Assembly: GCA_034780895.1 (NCBI GenBank)
Contig: JAUZTB010000069.1
Span: 9,857,567 to 9,921,566 of the forward strand
DNA: 64,000 bases
Origin: Rhynchobatus australiae
Lineage: Eukaryota
Reading direction: 5' to 3'
Both the position numbers and the translations under genes were made by a program. Every line of letters starts with the position of its first letter. Position 1 is the stretch's first letter. The notes beneath the pieces are model-generated. The model had not been told where the DNA came from. It made no database searches and was given only the letters and a program-made list of their open reading frames with translations. Below are positions 1-12,644 of this stretch, one piece after another.

Positions 1-404
1 GGCCATTTTTCAAGCTATTTAATTGACTTGAAACAGATGTTTTCTGACTGCCAGAGTGCTTACAGAACATTCTATTTTTATTCCTGATTTCCAACATATG
101 CAGTGTTTTCCTTTTGTAATATTTCCAAATATTTTTGTTGCCGGCTGTTCTAATCAATATCTCATGAGATTCCAGCAAGCGTTATAGTTCTCTTCCTCTG
201 AGAGCTCATTAAGATTAAATATGTTTTAAGTATAAATGCCTTTCTTAGTCACATCAGCCATACTTATTCTGGTATTACTTGAAGTTGTCACTATGAAGCA
301 AGTATTTGATTTCTTCATTAGGATTTCCATTAGCATAAACAGCTGATTTTGGAAGTGCAAAGAGCAAAAACCTTTATAGTAATACAGGAAGTGTTTTCTC
401 ATAG

Positions 405-545
405 ACTAATGAAGAATGACTTAAAAGACCTTGAGCGACATAAGGTTGAACAAGAGAGTATTCTGAACAAAATTAACAAAGAGGTATCTACAGGAAATTT
501 AGAGTTGCAGATACTTGTACAGAAAATGGAAAACATGACCAAAAG
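405..545 (+). CDS. CNTRL: Centriolin (CEP110) internal coding exon A
   Basis: tag|A CTA ATG...AAA AG|gtatgt; encodes LMKNDLKDLERHKVEQESILNKINKEV..., similar to human DAKDLEQHKIKQEEILKEINKIV; phase fits the next exon. Confidence 0.9.
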
Positions 546-1699
546 GTATGTGGTTAGAACTGTTACATGCTAATTTTTTTCCTTTCAGTTTTCAGTTAGG
601 GTTCTGTTAGAAGTTACTGGTTTACTATGCCACTTAGTCACCTTCAGTACCTTGGACCTTTTAATATCTGCATTCAACTCCTCTGCAGCAGATCTGGTAT
701 GTGATGCCTGCCTCCAACACTATAACTGATGCTAGTTCTTACATGCTAGTTATTCACCATGCTCTTCTAATCTGCCCTCTGACATTTTTGCAAAATGGAG
801 AAAAGGTTGGCTTTATTTAAAGGTCAGTGAAAGTGGCTGGTTTGTCAGGCAGAGTAAAGTAGAAATAAGAAAGGAACCATTGGATAAGGGTGAGAAGTGA
901 CCCAGTGCAGTAGATTGTATCGGATACAAAATTAAAACCTGACTTGAACCTGAGGTTTGATACTATTTTCCATACCCAACCTGACTGACACCATTAATGT
1001 AACAATCTCAAACATGCAATTAATTTTCTTAAGGATCAGATGTTTTTAAAAAAATGCACCTGAAACTCTCAACTTTCTGAAACTTACTTTCTAGCTAAGC
1101 AGGTGATCCTGGCCTAGGTAAAGAACTGAGCTGGGCTGGCACAGCACCTGATCCCATCCAAACTAGCAGGTTTTTATCAAATTATATACCCAATCCAACC
1201 CCACAGATACAATCTGGTCCTGTCAGGCTAGGATTGAATAGCCAGGCTCTCCTATGCCACAGCTCCTCCAGCACTGCCACTCATTAAAGCCATGAATTTC
1301 CACTTGTCAGTATTTTCTTTCTTCAAGAATGCAGGCAGTTTTTTCTTCCTCCCAGGGGCAACCTTCCAGTCAAAGTATGAATGGAAGATGCAAGAACGTT
1401 GATGACAGCTTGTTGTCTTTATTTTAAAGACTATGTGCCTGCCATGATAGAATAGTTCATATGCATTATGTGAGATGTAGTGAAATGATTATTGCATTTT
1501 TGAAAAGTTTTAATATGTGGTAAACCTGGTGGAGTGGTGTGGACGTTGTAGGAGTGTGACTGAATTAAGAAGAGTGTTTTCTATCATGAGTTGCAGGCAA
1601 TGGAGATACTGGAAGAAAATAAGGGAGTATATTTATACGTTGAGACTTTCCAGTGGGTTTGTTGAAGTATTTCACTGCAGCCTTATCTTTGAAGTATTT

Positions 1700-2280
1700 A
1701 ATGGTCAAGACTTCAAACCAGGCATAAAACTCGTGATCTACCAGTTAGGAGTGATCCCTGCCCTCCCAGTGACCTGGACAAACTACATTAGGCATCAGGA
1801 AAATTCTCTGCAGAATTCAACAAATTCACTGGAAGGATAAGCTAACCAACATCAGTGTCCACTCCCAGGCCAAAAGGTATGTGGTTAGGACACTGATTAT
1901 TTTCAGTTGAATACATTAAGCCAGCCATGTCATTCACATGCTCTTCACCAGACTCCTGAAATAAATGCTCTGTTCTGAGCTCTGTCGCGGAAGGAAATTA
2001 CCAGGCAGATAGAAAAACAAATTTGGGGAGGCTTTAAAGTTTCCCTTAAGAAGTGCAAGATCCCACTGACTTTTGAGAACCTCTGGCCCACTTTGAGTCA
2101 AAGTGGAGAAGGAACATTTGGGGCAGTATTGAGAACCTCAGCTATGCATCATGAGAACACACAAGCCCTGCACAAGCAATGGAAGGAGTACACCACCTGA
2201 AAAGTATCCAGTCCACATGACCCATCAGCCACCTCAGAACCCACAAAACTGGAGTGGAAGCAAATCATCCTCTAAGACCT
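1700..2280 (+). mobile_element. Degenerate RTE-clade LINE 3' fragment
   Basis: Decayed KILQIHWxDKxTNISV-like coding remnant at 1800-1870 and later RTE-like segments. Confidence 0.6.
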
Positions 2281-3683
2281 TGACAATTCCCAGTGAGGTA
2301 GCTACAATACTTTGAACATTGCTGCCTGGCCATTGAAACTAAGCTACATGCATTTACCATACTTTGCAATTCTTCCATTGGTGGTGGAATTACTTTTTGC
2401 AGGGCTTTCTGAAGGAAAACTGGTCTCCCTTTCTTGTCCATTGCCTGGTCTATTACCTCTAACCCTACAACACAGATGCAATCCCTAAAACTATGCTAGC
2501 CTCATTTTCCAATGTAGAAACTTCCTCAGTTTTCAAATGAATGAATTTCCTCTTTAAGAGGTGGTGATTGCTTTTAAGTATTTTTGTATGTTACTTCCCT
2601 GCCCTGTAAATGGGCATTACAAATTTGAATCTTAATAATAAACAGGCAGCACCATGAAATCATGTGAACTCCACGTTTTATTATAATCAAATTTCTAGGT
2701 CGTTAAGTTCAAATATCTTAATTCCTGGCAAAACCGAGTGCTTCCTGCAATTGTGAAAACTAAGGAGGCAGTTCCTTCTAATTAGATTAATAAACAGATC
2801 ACTGCAATGTTGGCACGATCTGTTGGCCATATTTTTGTCCATAGTATCCTGGAGGGCAGCAATTTAATGTGTTTTTGATTGACTTATGAGACAGACCTAG
2901 AGCCAAAGCCAATTTGTTGCCAAAAGTATTCAACTCATTAGCCTAGAAATTCAAGAACTTTAAGTAAAGACCTTGGAAGGATTAGTGACCAACAGGGAAA
3001 TGGATTGGACTGGAAAACTGGACATTGTGGACCTTGGGAAAATGGACGAAGACTCCAGCCTGGGTAGAATAAGGCTGAGGTGTCAAGGGAAATTGGGACT
3101 TGTATATGAGAGGTTAGAGAGAGAGTAGCAGCATTCAGGGACTGCTAACTATTGAATCAGAATTTCTTCCACACTTCCACATTGAAGAATATTACTTGCC
3201 TGCTTTGTTGCAGACATTCAAGAAAACTTTTTTCAGCTACAGCATACAATATTCCTGGTTACTGAGGGGAAAACCAACGTTGGAGCACACAAGCTAAACA
3301 TACCTAAGTTTGTTGCAAATAGATTTACAAATTAAGAGTTTGCATTCAAGACTTAAAAGAAACTTGGAGACATGAGAGATGGCAGATGCTGGAATATGGA
3401 GCAACAAACAATCTGCTGGAAGAGATTGTTTACAGGGTTTCAACTTGAAATTTCAACAATTCCTTTCCTTCCACAGATACTGCTCAACTTGCTGTGTTCC
3501 TCCAGCAGATCGTTTATAGCTGTTAAAGGAAACTTGATGCATTTGAAAATCTGAGTGTGAGCTAGTGACAATTTAATAGTTTGCAGACTTGCTTATTCTT
3601 GGGTTAATAGCAATTGATAATTGATACAACTGATATCTTATATTTTGCCACAGAGTTTACTAATTGGCCTTTATACCATTCAG

Positions 3684-3810
3684 TCTAGAAAAACTGCAAG
3701 CTGAGATTCTTTTGGCAGAAACCAAAGAGAAACAGCACCTGGAGACATTGGAAGAAGCAGCAACGTTGGTAGAGGACAAAAAGAGTGAATTGGAAAGCCT
3801 AAATAGCAAG
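3684..3810 (+). CDS. CNTRL: Centriolin coding exon B
   Basis: cag|T CTA GAA...AGC AAG|gtaatt; LEKLQAEILLAETKEKQHLETLEEAATLVEDKKSELESLNSK. Confidence 0.9.
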
Positions 3811-4235
3811 GTAATTGCAGAAAATTGACTAAATCCAGTTAATTAATATTGTAAAAGCATAATTCCTGTTTAGCTGGCAAGGATGAGTTTAATCAGGGTT
3901 TTGATTGGAAATGATGGCAGTAGTTATTGTTAAGGTATTGAATGAGATGCAACAAGTCACTTCATTATGTCCGGTAACAGATCAGTATCATTAAAGATTT
4001 GAAAGCTGATCACCCATGTGTTCCCTAGCTGAGGTGTTCTTTGTGAAATGGGAAGGTTTTGCTGAGAGAATCACCTGACGACAAAAAAAAAGTTTAAAAA
4101 AAATATTAAATGTGGTTGGTAAATGTAAAGCAAAATTAATTATATGTCACGTAGTAATATTAGGTCAAGGACCAAAACCAATTTATTAGAGGATTTGCAG
4201 CAGTGATATTGTGCCTTTTGTTCCTTTGCCATTAG

Positions 4236-4400
4236 GTTAAAGTGCTGAGGGAAGAGTTAATGACATTAGACAGATGTTCAGGTAAAAAGAAAGAAGAGCT
4301 TAACTTCCTTCAGAATGATATTGACAAGAAGAAAGCGAGCCTCTCAGAAGTTCTTTTGGATGCTGAGGCAGAGAGGGTTGATAAGCAGTGTCAAATTCGG
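4236..4400 (+). CDS. CNTRL: Centriolin coding exon C
   Basis: tag|GTT AAA...ATT CGG|gtcagt; LDRCSGKKKEELNFLQ, similar to human LDRQLGHKKEELHLLQ. Confidence 0.92.
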
Positions 4401-5294
4401 GTCAGTATGTCTATTTTTTTTGCACAAGAGATGTGGTTGAATTTTTTCAATATATATTCCTGAAATAGTGTTTTTTTTCAAATAAAAGGTTATTTAGGTA
4501 AAATTCTGTTTCACCACACTTGTCCCAATTTCATGCCTATGAGACTGCCTCAGTAGGAGTGTAGAGTTGGTATTTTAATTGTTATATAAAATTTGTTTGT
4601 TTTGGGTAACCCAACTTACTTGACTACTGCTTTTTGATGAATTTTATTCATTGCATATATTTTGGAGCAGCTCCATTCCACTTCAGACTGCCCTGTGAGG
4701 TAGTGTTAGCTGTCAGTTCTTTGAAAGTCTGCTAATTGCACAGAACCTGCCAATAGATCACTTCCCTCTGATCAAATTGTGCTCAATCAACTTCCCAGTA
4801 CATATAACTTACTAATGTCCTTTGGAGTTAATGGAACTACTCTAGGGACAAATCAAATTTGAGGGGGAAAAAACTAGATTCCATAACTCGTCCATAGAAG
4901 CTTGAGATGGGCTGAGAAAATTACTTCCAAATATCAGGACAAACACTGCTGGAATTACTTTCCTCTCCAAAATTATTCATGCTAACCAAAAGTGCAGGAT
5001 CTAAAAATTATATCCTGACTGCAGTAGAGTACTAAAATTTGGTTCCATTGATTTAAATGGGACTGAATTTTTGAGGCATAGTACAACACACTACTACTAC
5101 TCTCTACAAAAGGAATGAATTTCTAGGCAAATGCTTTTGATTAATAATTAAACCTGAAATGTTAATGTTTTGTTTTTTCTATGGATGTTGATTTATCTAA
5201 GATTTTTGCACTTTCTCTTATTTGGTGGGTATATTGGATAAAATATTTTGAATGTTTTCGATGACTAGTAAAAATAAGAAATCATGCTCGACAG

Positions 5295-5454
5295 GAACTG
5301 AAGGCGTTGCTTGAGGAGATGAGTGCACAGAAAGGAGAACTGAATGCTCAGATCACTGAAAAGAATTCACATCTCTCCTTATCAAAACAAGAAGTGAAAA
5401 ATGAGGAAGACAAACTTCAGAGCATCCAAGTGCAGATAAATAAGCAAAGGACAG
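5295..5454 (+). CDS. CNTRL: Centriolin coding exon D
   Basis: cag|GAA CTG...ACA G|gttaga; ELKALLEEMSAQKGELNAQITE, similar to human EVKSLLEELSFQKGELNVQISE. Confidence 0.92.
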
Positions 5455-5845
5455 GTTAGATTTCCCAAGATTAAGTAGATATTAAAGTACATGTACTAAT
5501 ATGAAACTTTAGACAATATTAGAACTTTAAAATATTTTTTTAAAAACCTCTAACTTTGATTAGGTGATGCAATAAGGTTTGCAGAATGGATTGTTTTTTT
5601 AATTGTTGGAAGAGTAGAAGTTGGCAGCTTTCTTCCATGCTTTTTAAAGATTGTGCGTATACAAAAATAGTAAAATATGTAATTTTCAAGTCTTCTCACC
5701 TGTGGATGCTTTACTCATAGCGATATAATAACTCAAAAATCCAAAGTCAACTTTAAATTGATCTTAAAGAATGTTCCTTTATGTGTTTATACTTCCCTTG
5801 TGTCTTTATCTAATTAGTTTTTGATTCCTGTAATTTTTACCCTAG

Positions 5846-6071
5846 AACTGAAACATGTTNNNNNNNNNNNNNNNNNNNNNNNNNNNNNNNNNNNNNNNNN
5901 NNNNNNNNNNNNNNNNNNNNNNNNNNNNNNNNNNNNNNNNNNNNNNNNNNNNNNNNNNNGAAACATGTTGTGGAAATGGTGCAGTTAGAAAATGATGAAC
6001 TCTTGGGAGTGAAACAGCAGCATGAAAAGAAAATCATGGAACTGGAGAGGACACAAGCTGTGCTGCGGGAG
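5846..6071 (+). CDS. CNTRL: Centriolin coding exon E (split by an artefactual 100-N gap)
   Basis: tag|AA CTG AAA CAT GTT [N100] G AAA CAT GTT GTG...CGG GAG|gtgtgt; collapsing the 10-bp overlap gives ELKHVVEMVQLENDELLGVKQQHEKKIMELERTQAVLRE, collinear with human. Confidence 0.88.
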
Positions 6072-7580
6072 GTGTGTAATCTGCATTACAGAATATGCTG
6101 CATTCCTTGACACTGAGAAAAGAATTACCCGTGTGTAGCTATTATCATAAGTGCACCTATGTGGAATACGATATATGAGTTGCACATAAGAATCAACACA
6201 ACATTCCAAAGGGGAGGTTGCTGCACAACAAAGGACATTCAAAGGTTCCTATGTGAGCCCCTATGAGAAACCACTGAACACTTCCCATTTACCTCTGTCT
6301 GCTTCCTGTCCTTTAGCCAATTTCGTGTCTCCATAGCCAGTATTCCTCTAACCCCTTGCAATTCACTTTTGCTAATGAATGTTTTGTGGCATTTGTCAAA
6401 TTACTTTTGAAAGCCAACAAACGATCTCGAGGTTGTACACTAGTTGCCCCTAGCTGTTGTTTCACCGTAAAACTCTGTCAAAGAAGTTGAACATGATTCA
6501 TCATTAACAAATCTCTNNNNNNNNNNNNNNNACCAGATTTTGTTTCCAAGCGCCAATTAATTTTGTCCCAGGTTATTGTCTAAATGTTTTCTCTACCATC
6601 AATGTTACACAAATACAACTATGGTTGCTGGGTGTATAACATTTTTGAACAAGTGTGCACCATTTGTAGTTTATTTGGCACTAGCCCCTTATCTCAAAAG
6701 AAGTGGAATTTTGTGGATAAAGCCACTGCAGTTTCTACTGTTCTCAGTAAGCTAGGATCCATCCCTCTGACTTTTCTCTGAGCCCTGACAACTTCCCCTA
6801 AGTATTTTTATTCCGTTTGCTTTCCCTACTGGCTTCTTTTTCATGAAATTGACAGGATCCTTTCNNNNNNNNNNNNNNNNNNNNNNNNNNNNNNNNNNNN
6901 NNNNNNNNNNNNNNNNNNNNNNNNNNNNNNNNNNNNNNNNNNNNNNNNNNNNNNNNNNNNNNNNNNNNNNNNNNNNNNNNNNNNNNNNNNNNNNNNNNNN
7001 NNNNNNNNNNNNNNNNNNNNNNNNNNNNNNNNNNNNNNNNNNNNNNNNNNNNNNNNNNNNNNNNNNNNNNNNNNNNNNNNNNNNNNNNNNNNNNNNNNNN
7101 NNNNNNNNNNNNNNNNNNNNNNNNNNNNNNNNNNNNNNNNNNNNNNNNNNNNNNNNNNNNNNNNNNNNNNNNNNNNNNNNNNNNNNNNNTATAATGATGA
7201 GGAAGAAGTCTGTTTGGCCATTAGGTCCATTCTGGCTCCCAGGGGATCAGTTCCATTGGTCCCATTCTCCTCCCACTGTCCCCCCCCCCCCACCCCTACT
7301 TATTTCCCTGTATCCCTACAACTTATCATCTTTCTTTTGTGTTATCATCAAACTTTCAGATATCATCATCAAACATTGAATTTTTATTCATAAATGGCCA
7401 CTCATTTGATTTTAAAATAGTTTACAAAATAAGGTAGGGCATGCATGCACATTCATTGAAATAACCTGTGTATAATGGTATATTTTTACAAAACATGCTC
7501 CGATTTTAGCTAGGGTAGGACTTTGTTCAGTATTACCACATTCATTTTCACAATGGTCATTAAATGTCATTTTACTTTAG

Positions 7581-7798
7581 GAGAAGAGTGAACTGGAAAA
7601 CCTGCAGCTTATCTCCCAGAGTCAACAAGCAGAAATAGAACATCAAAAACAGCGTATTGAGAAGGATCGGCAAGAGGTAGACCAACTGACCACAAAGAAA
7701 AATTCCCTTCGGCACAGTATTGAATCTCTGGATAAGGAGAAGAAACACATTGAGGAGAATTGCCTTGTATTGGACAACAAACTTTCTCAAGCAAAGAG
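7581..7798 (+). CDS. CNTRL: Centriolin coding exon F
   Basis: tag|GAG AAG...AAG AG|gtaagg; EKSELENLQLISQSQQAEIEHQKQ, similar to human EKLELENLQQISQQQKGEIEWQKQ. Confidence 0.93.
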
Positions 7799-8333
7799 GT
7801 AAGGAATTGGGCAAGTTATCAATCTAGATAATTTCCAATAAAACTAAGCATAAATATTCCAGATTACCTCATTGCTCAAATAACCTTTATTGTTGCAAAT
7901 CCTTGTAGCTTAGTTCTGATTGTTGGGCTAATGAAACACTATCTGTCATGGCTATGGCTGATTGTTCGATCTCACCTTTGCTCATCCATTATACTAAATC
8001 ATGGTGAAGTTTGTAAAAACCCAGAAGACAAAAACAGATGTTAAATCTAAAGCAAAAGCAAGCTAGAAGTGCTGAATCAACACCTTTGGGAAGAACAATG
8101 AACTTGTACATTTGATGGAGGGTTCACATTTGACGCACTCTGTCATGGTTAAGCCCCACTCCAGAGAACTGTGCACAATGTAGACCAGCCCTTCTGTGCA
8201 GTACTGAGTGAGTGCTGAAATACTTGAGGTGCTGTCTTTCAGATACAATGTAAACATCACCAATAACTTTTTCACAATTCTATGAACAAATTTTGATACA
8301 TAAAAAAACTTAAAAATCCACTTTAGATGTTAC

Positions 8334-9978
8334 ATAAGAACATAAGAAATAGCAGGAGGAGGCCATCTGCCCCGTCGAGCCTGATCCACCATTCAATAAG
8401 ATCTTGGCAGATCTGGCCGTTGTCTCAGCTCCACCTACCTGCCTTTGCCCCATAATCCTTAATTCCCCTACTATGCAATAATCTTTCTGTGTCTTAAGTG
8501 TATTTAATGAGGTAGCCTCTACTGCTTTCGTGGGCAGAGAATACCACAGATTCACTACTCTCTAGGAAAAGCAATTTCTCCTCATCTTTGTCCTAAATCT
8601 ATTTCCCCAAATCTTGAGGCTATGTCTGCTAGTTCTAGTCTCATCTACCAGTGGAAACAACTTTCCTGCCTCTGTCTTATCTATCCCTTTCATAATTTTG
8701 TATGTTTCTATAAGATCCCCTCTCATTCTTCTGAATTCCAGCGAGTATAGTCCCAGGTGACTCGATCTCTCCTCATGGGCTAACCCCTCATCTCTGGAAT
8801 CAACCTGTGAACCTCCTCTGTACTGCCTCCAAAGCTAGTATATCTTAAGTAAGGAGACCAGAACTGCACATAGTACTCCAGGTGCGGCCTCACTCGTACA
8901 CTGTACAGTTGCAGCATAACCTCCCTGCTCTTANNNNNNNNNNNNNNNNNNNNNNNNNNNNNNNNNNNNNNNNNNNNNNNNNNNNNNNNNNNNNNNNNNN
9001 NNNNNNNNNNNNNNNNNNNNNNNNNNNNNNNNNNNNNNNNNNNNNNNNNNNNNNNNNNNNNNNNNNNNNNNNNNNNNNNNNNNNNNNNNNNNNNNNNNNN
9101 NNNNNNNNNNNNNNNNNNNNNNNNNNNNNNNNNNNNNNNNNNNNNNNNNNNNNNNNNNNNNNNNNNNNNNNNNNNNNNNNNNNNNNNNNNNNNNNNNNNN
9201 NNNNNNNNNNNNNNNNNNNNNNNNNNNNNNNNNNNNNNNNNNNNNNNNNNNNNNNNNNNNNNNNNNNNNNNNNNNNNNNNNNNNNNNNNNNNNNNNNNNN
9301 NNNNNNNNNNNNNNNNNNNNNNNNNNNNNNNNNNNNNNNNNNNNNNNNNNNNNNNNNNNNNNNNNNNNNNNNNNNNNNNNNNNNNNNNNNNNNNNNNNNN
9401 NNNNNNNNNNNNNNNNNNNNNNNNNNNNNNNNNNNNNNNNNNNNNNNNNNNNNNNNNNNNNNNNNNNNNNNNNNNNNNNNNNNNNNNNNNNNNNNNNNNN
9501 NNNNNNNNNNNNNNNNNNNNNNNNNNNNNNNNNNNNNNNNNNNNNNNNNNNNNNNNNNNNNNNNNNNNNNNNNNNNNNNNNNNNNNNNNNNNNNNNNNNN
9601 NNNNNNNNNNNNNNNNNNNNNNNNNNNNNNNNNNNNNNNNNNNNNNNNNNNNNNNNNNNNNNNNNNNNNNNNNNNNNNNNNNNNNNNNNNNNNNNNNNNN
9701 NNNNNNNNNNNNNNNNNNNNNNNNNNNNNNNNNNNNNNNNNNNNNNNNNNNNNNNNNNNNNNNNNNNNNNNNNNNNNNNNNNNNNNNNNNNNNNNNNNNN
9801 AATTTTGGTAAATTATCACAAACGCCTCTACTATAACTTCCACCATTTCTTTCAGCACCCTGGGATGCATCCCATCAGGACCAGAGGACTTGCCTACCTT
9901 TAGGCCCATTAGTTTGCTCATCACTACCTCTTTAGTGACAGTGATTGTGTTGAGGTCTTCACCAACCATAGCATCCAT
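8334..9978 (-). mobile_element. 5'-truncated CR1 LINE (ORF2 remnant; gap 8934-9800)
   Basis: ORF remnant KSSGPDGMHPRVLKEM, NLWYSLP-type C-terminus, TTCTTATG-repeat 3' tail at about 8335. Confidence 0.88.
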
Positions 9979-10019
9979 AATGTGTTTTAAGTTTTGATTT
10001 ATTTTTGTGTTTATTTCAG

Positions 10020-10177
10020 AGCTGTTGAAGTCACTGAAGACAATAATAGAAATGCTCGCTCTAAACTACAGAAACTACAAACAGAGATGAATGAGCTGAA
10101 TCAGGAAGTAAATCAAATTAAGATCCAGAAGCAAGAGTTAAATAAGCAGATAGCATATACACAAAACTGTCTACAAG
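10020..10177 (+). CDS. CNTRL: Centriolin coding exon G
   Basis: cag|A GCT GTT...CAA G|gtataa; coiled-coil AVEVTEDNNRNARSKLQKLQ...; phases match both neighbouring exons. Confidence 0.9.
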
Positions 10178-10539
10178 GTATAACGGTTAATTGTGTCAAG
10201 TATAATGTGCTGAAGCTGGAAACCTCTGTGCATGTTACACTGTGGATAACTCAATGGAGATTATCTTTACCTACCTTGACTTTTGAAGGTTTGCTTTTTA
10301 CTGGCCACATCACTAAGGAACAATAAAATCAGAAGCCACTCACTGTCAACCAATGGTGTGGAAATAGCTCCATGAGATTGGAAGCAAATAAAACTAAATG
10401 AATGTTGAAGCTGCAGAGTTTTGTAGCATATTGGAGCTCCACTGTAGAAAGCATTATAAAATTCTGCAGATATGGTGATCTCTGTCATTATGGCATTAGA
10501 AATTTCCATCACAAATTTTTTTTGGTGTGAGCAGCATTG

Positions 10540-10970
10540 ATTGCAGCGTAAGTTCTAAGAAAGTTATTGGTTGAGAGGTTGGGCCCTATACTCATTGAAA
10601 CTTAGAGGAATGAGAAGTGATCTTGTTTGGGTCAAGATTCTGAGAGCAATTGTCAGCTTTGACTGCCTGCGAGGGGTATCTAGAACTAGGGAGCCTAGTT
10701 TCAGAAGAAGAGATCACATTTCAGAGATAGATTAGGAGGAATTTATTTTCTCAGCAGGTAGTGAATCTTTGGAATTTTCTACCCCCAGGAAGCTATAGAG
10801 GCAGAGTCATTGATTATATTAAAGGAGAGATTGACTGTAATTGAGGGACAGGAGTATGGGGAAAGTGGAATTTAGGCCAAGATTAGATCTGTAATGATCT
10901 TACAATCTGGTGGAGTAAGCCCAAAGTGCCAATTGGCATACTCCTACTCCTGTTCTTTATATTCTTATGT
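10540..10970 (+). mobile_element. CR1 LINE 3' fragment
   Basis: gtagtgaatctttggaattttctacccc...ctcctactcctgttctttatattcttatg tail. Confidence 0.75.
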
Positions 10971-11339
10971 CAGTAGGAAAGCTGACAGAATGTTATTTTT
11001 TATTGTCATGAGGATTTTATTACAAAAGTAGGCAGTTTATGTTGCTTTTATGTTGAAACTCTCTAGTCCTGCACCCTTGGCACCTGATTGGTGCCAGACA
11101 ACAGTAATTGCCCTCCGATCATCTTCCCCAGAGAGGAAGAACTGTTCTTTTTAAGTGTAGATGGTCCCTGGGTTATGTAAGGATTTTGGGAATTGTCTGT
11201 AACCCAAAGTTTTCGTAAATTGAGAACACTGTCAGCTGAGATTGCAGAAGTTGCACTGGTAGGTTAATTGGCTACAGATTAGTACAGACCTTAGTTAATT
11301 TTAGATCTTAGTTTGAGTTAAATAATTAGTACAGATCTG

Positions 11340-11800
11340 TATTCCAAATTCAAAGCATGCTTGACCACAGGACCAGAGAATTTCAACCTGTATATGGTTT
11401 TGTGAAACCACATCTGGAGTACTGTGTACAATATTAGCTTCCATATTTAAGGAAGGATGTAAATGTATTAGAAGCAGTTCACTGATTCCTGGAGTGGACA
11501 GGTTGTCCTGTGATAAAACGTTGCACAGGCTAAGCTTTGGTATCTTCTGGAGCTTAGAAGAATAAGAGGTAACTTGATTAAGATAAACAAGATCCTGTGG
11601 AGACTTGACAGTGTGGTTACGAGGAGAATGTTTTCTAGAATGTGAGAATCTAGAACTAAAGACTACCTTTTAAAAATGAAGTATTGCCCATTTAAGGCAG
11701 AGATGGGTCAGAATTCAGTTTCCAATCAGATCATTCATGATGTTAAGTGGTGGAGCAGGCGCAATAGTCCAGGAGGCCTATTCCTGCTCCTAATTCATAT
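11340..11800 (+). mobile_element. CR1 LINE fragment
   Basis: ccacatctggagtactgtgtaca (PHLEYCV), RGNLI-like motif, CR1 3' UTR. Confidence 0.75.
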
Positions 11801-11977
11801 TCACAATTGTCAATATTAAATTGAATGAGTTCAGATGTTTCTGATGGGGTTGTGGGATGGGCAGAAATCTTGCTCCTTTACACATAGAGCAGTAGATTAA
11901 GAGTCTTAATTTTGAGACCAGATTTTTGTGATTTGATTTTGAAATAACCTACAAAGAGGAAAGTATATTTTAAATGA

Positions 11978-12225
11978 GGGTGGCACAGTAGCATAGCAGT
12001 TAGCGCGACACTATTACAGCGCCAGCGATCGGGGTTCAATTCCCATCGCTGTCTGTAAGGAGTTTGTACATTCTCCTGTATCTGCGTGGGTTTCCTCCGG
12101 GTGCTCCGGTTTCGTCCCACATTCTAAAGATGTACGGGTAGGTTAATTTGGGGTTTAAAATGGGCGGTGCGGACTCATTGGGCAGGAAGGGCCTGTTACC
12201 ATGCTGTAAATAAATTTTAATTTAA
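11978..12225 (+). mobile_element. Young tRNA-derived V-SINE (HE1-like)
   Basis: A/B box head (tggcacagtagc...ggttcaattccc); V-domain tgcgtgggtttcctccgggtgctccggtttc; CpGs retained. Confidence 0.88.
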
Positions 12226-12267
12226 CTATGAAAACAATATTTTATCAAAAATATTTTTGTTGAACAG

Positions 12268-12341
12268 AGGAAAAGGCAGAACTGGAAAAGTTAATGGATA
12301 ACTTTCAAACTACAAAAGATCAGCTGCAGTTAGCAGAACAG
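12268..12341 (+). CDS. CNTRL: Centriolin coding exon H
   Basis: cag|AG GAA AAG...GAA CAG|gtaagt; EKAELEKLMDNFQTTKDQLQLAEQ. Confidence 0.88.
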
Positions 12342-12644
12342 GTAAGTATGTTATTTAGTTTTAGATTGAATATGCAAACTTCTTTAAATTTTACTGTCAG
12401 TTTTAAAAACTCAAACCTCCAACTCCCTGACAGTGCAAAGAAAATACCATCATCAAATAGTTGACACAGATGTGGCTCACCACCATCTCATGGGCAATTA
12501 AGAATGAGTATTGAATACTGGCATTGCCAGCAAGGCCCACATCTTATGTATATAAAAAAAAAGAACACCTTAGAAACCATGTAAATATTCATTTAGTTTA
12601 CAGCAACAGCACCTTTCCTTTTATATCACTGTTAACGTAGTAAA

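Noticed and set aside
8882-9811. Long ORFs of 150-360 aa in the ORF track (also 6841-7379, 57766-58663, 60689-61507)
   Set aside because: They are long only because they run through N-gaps, so they are not evidence of genes.
11978-12050. tRNA-like A/B boxes (also about 56775-56835)
   Set aside because: They do not form a complete cloverleaf and the first continues into a V-domain body, so these are SINE heads rather than tRNA genes.
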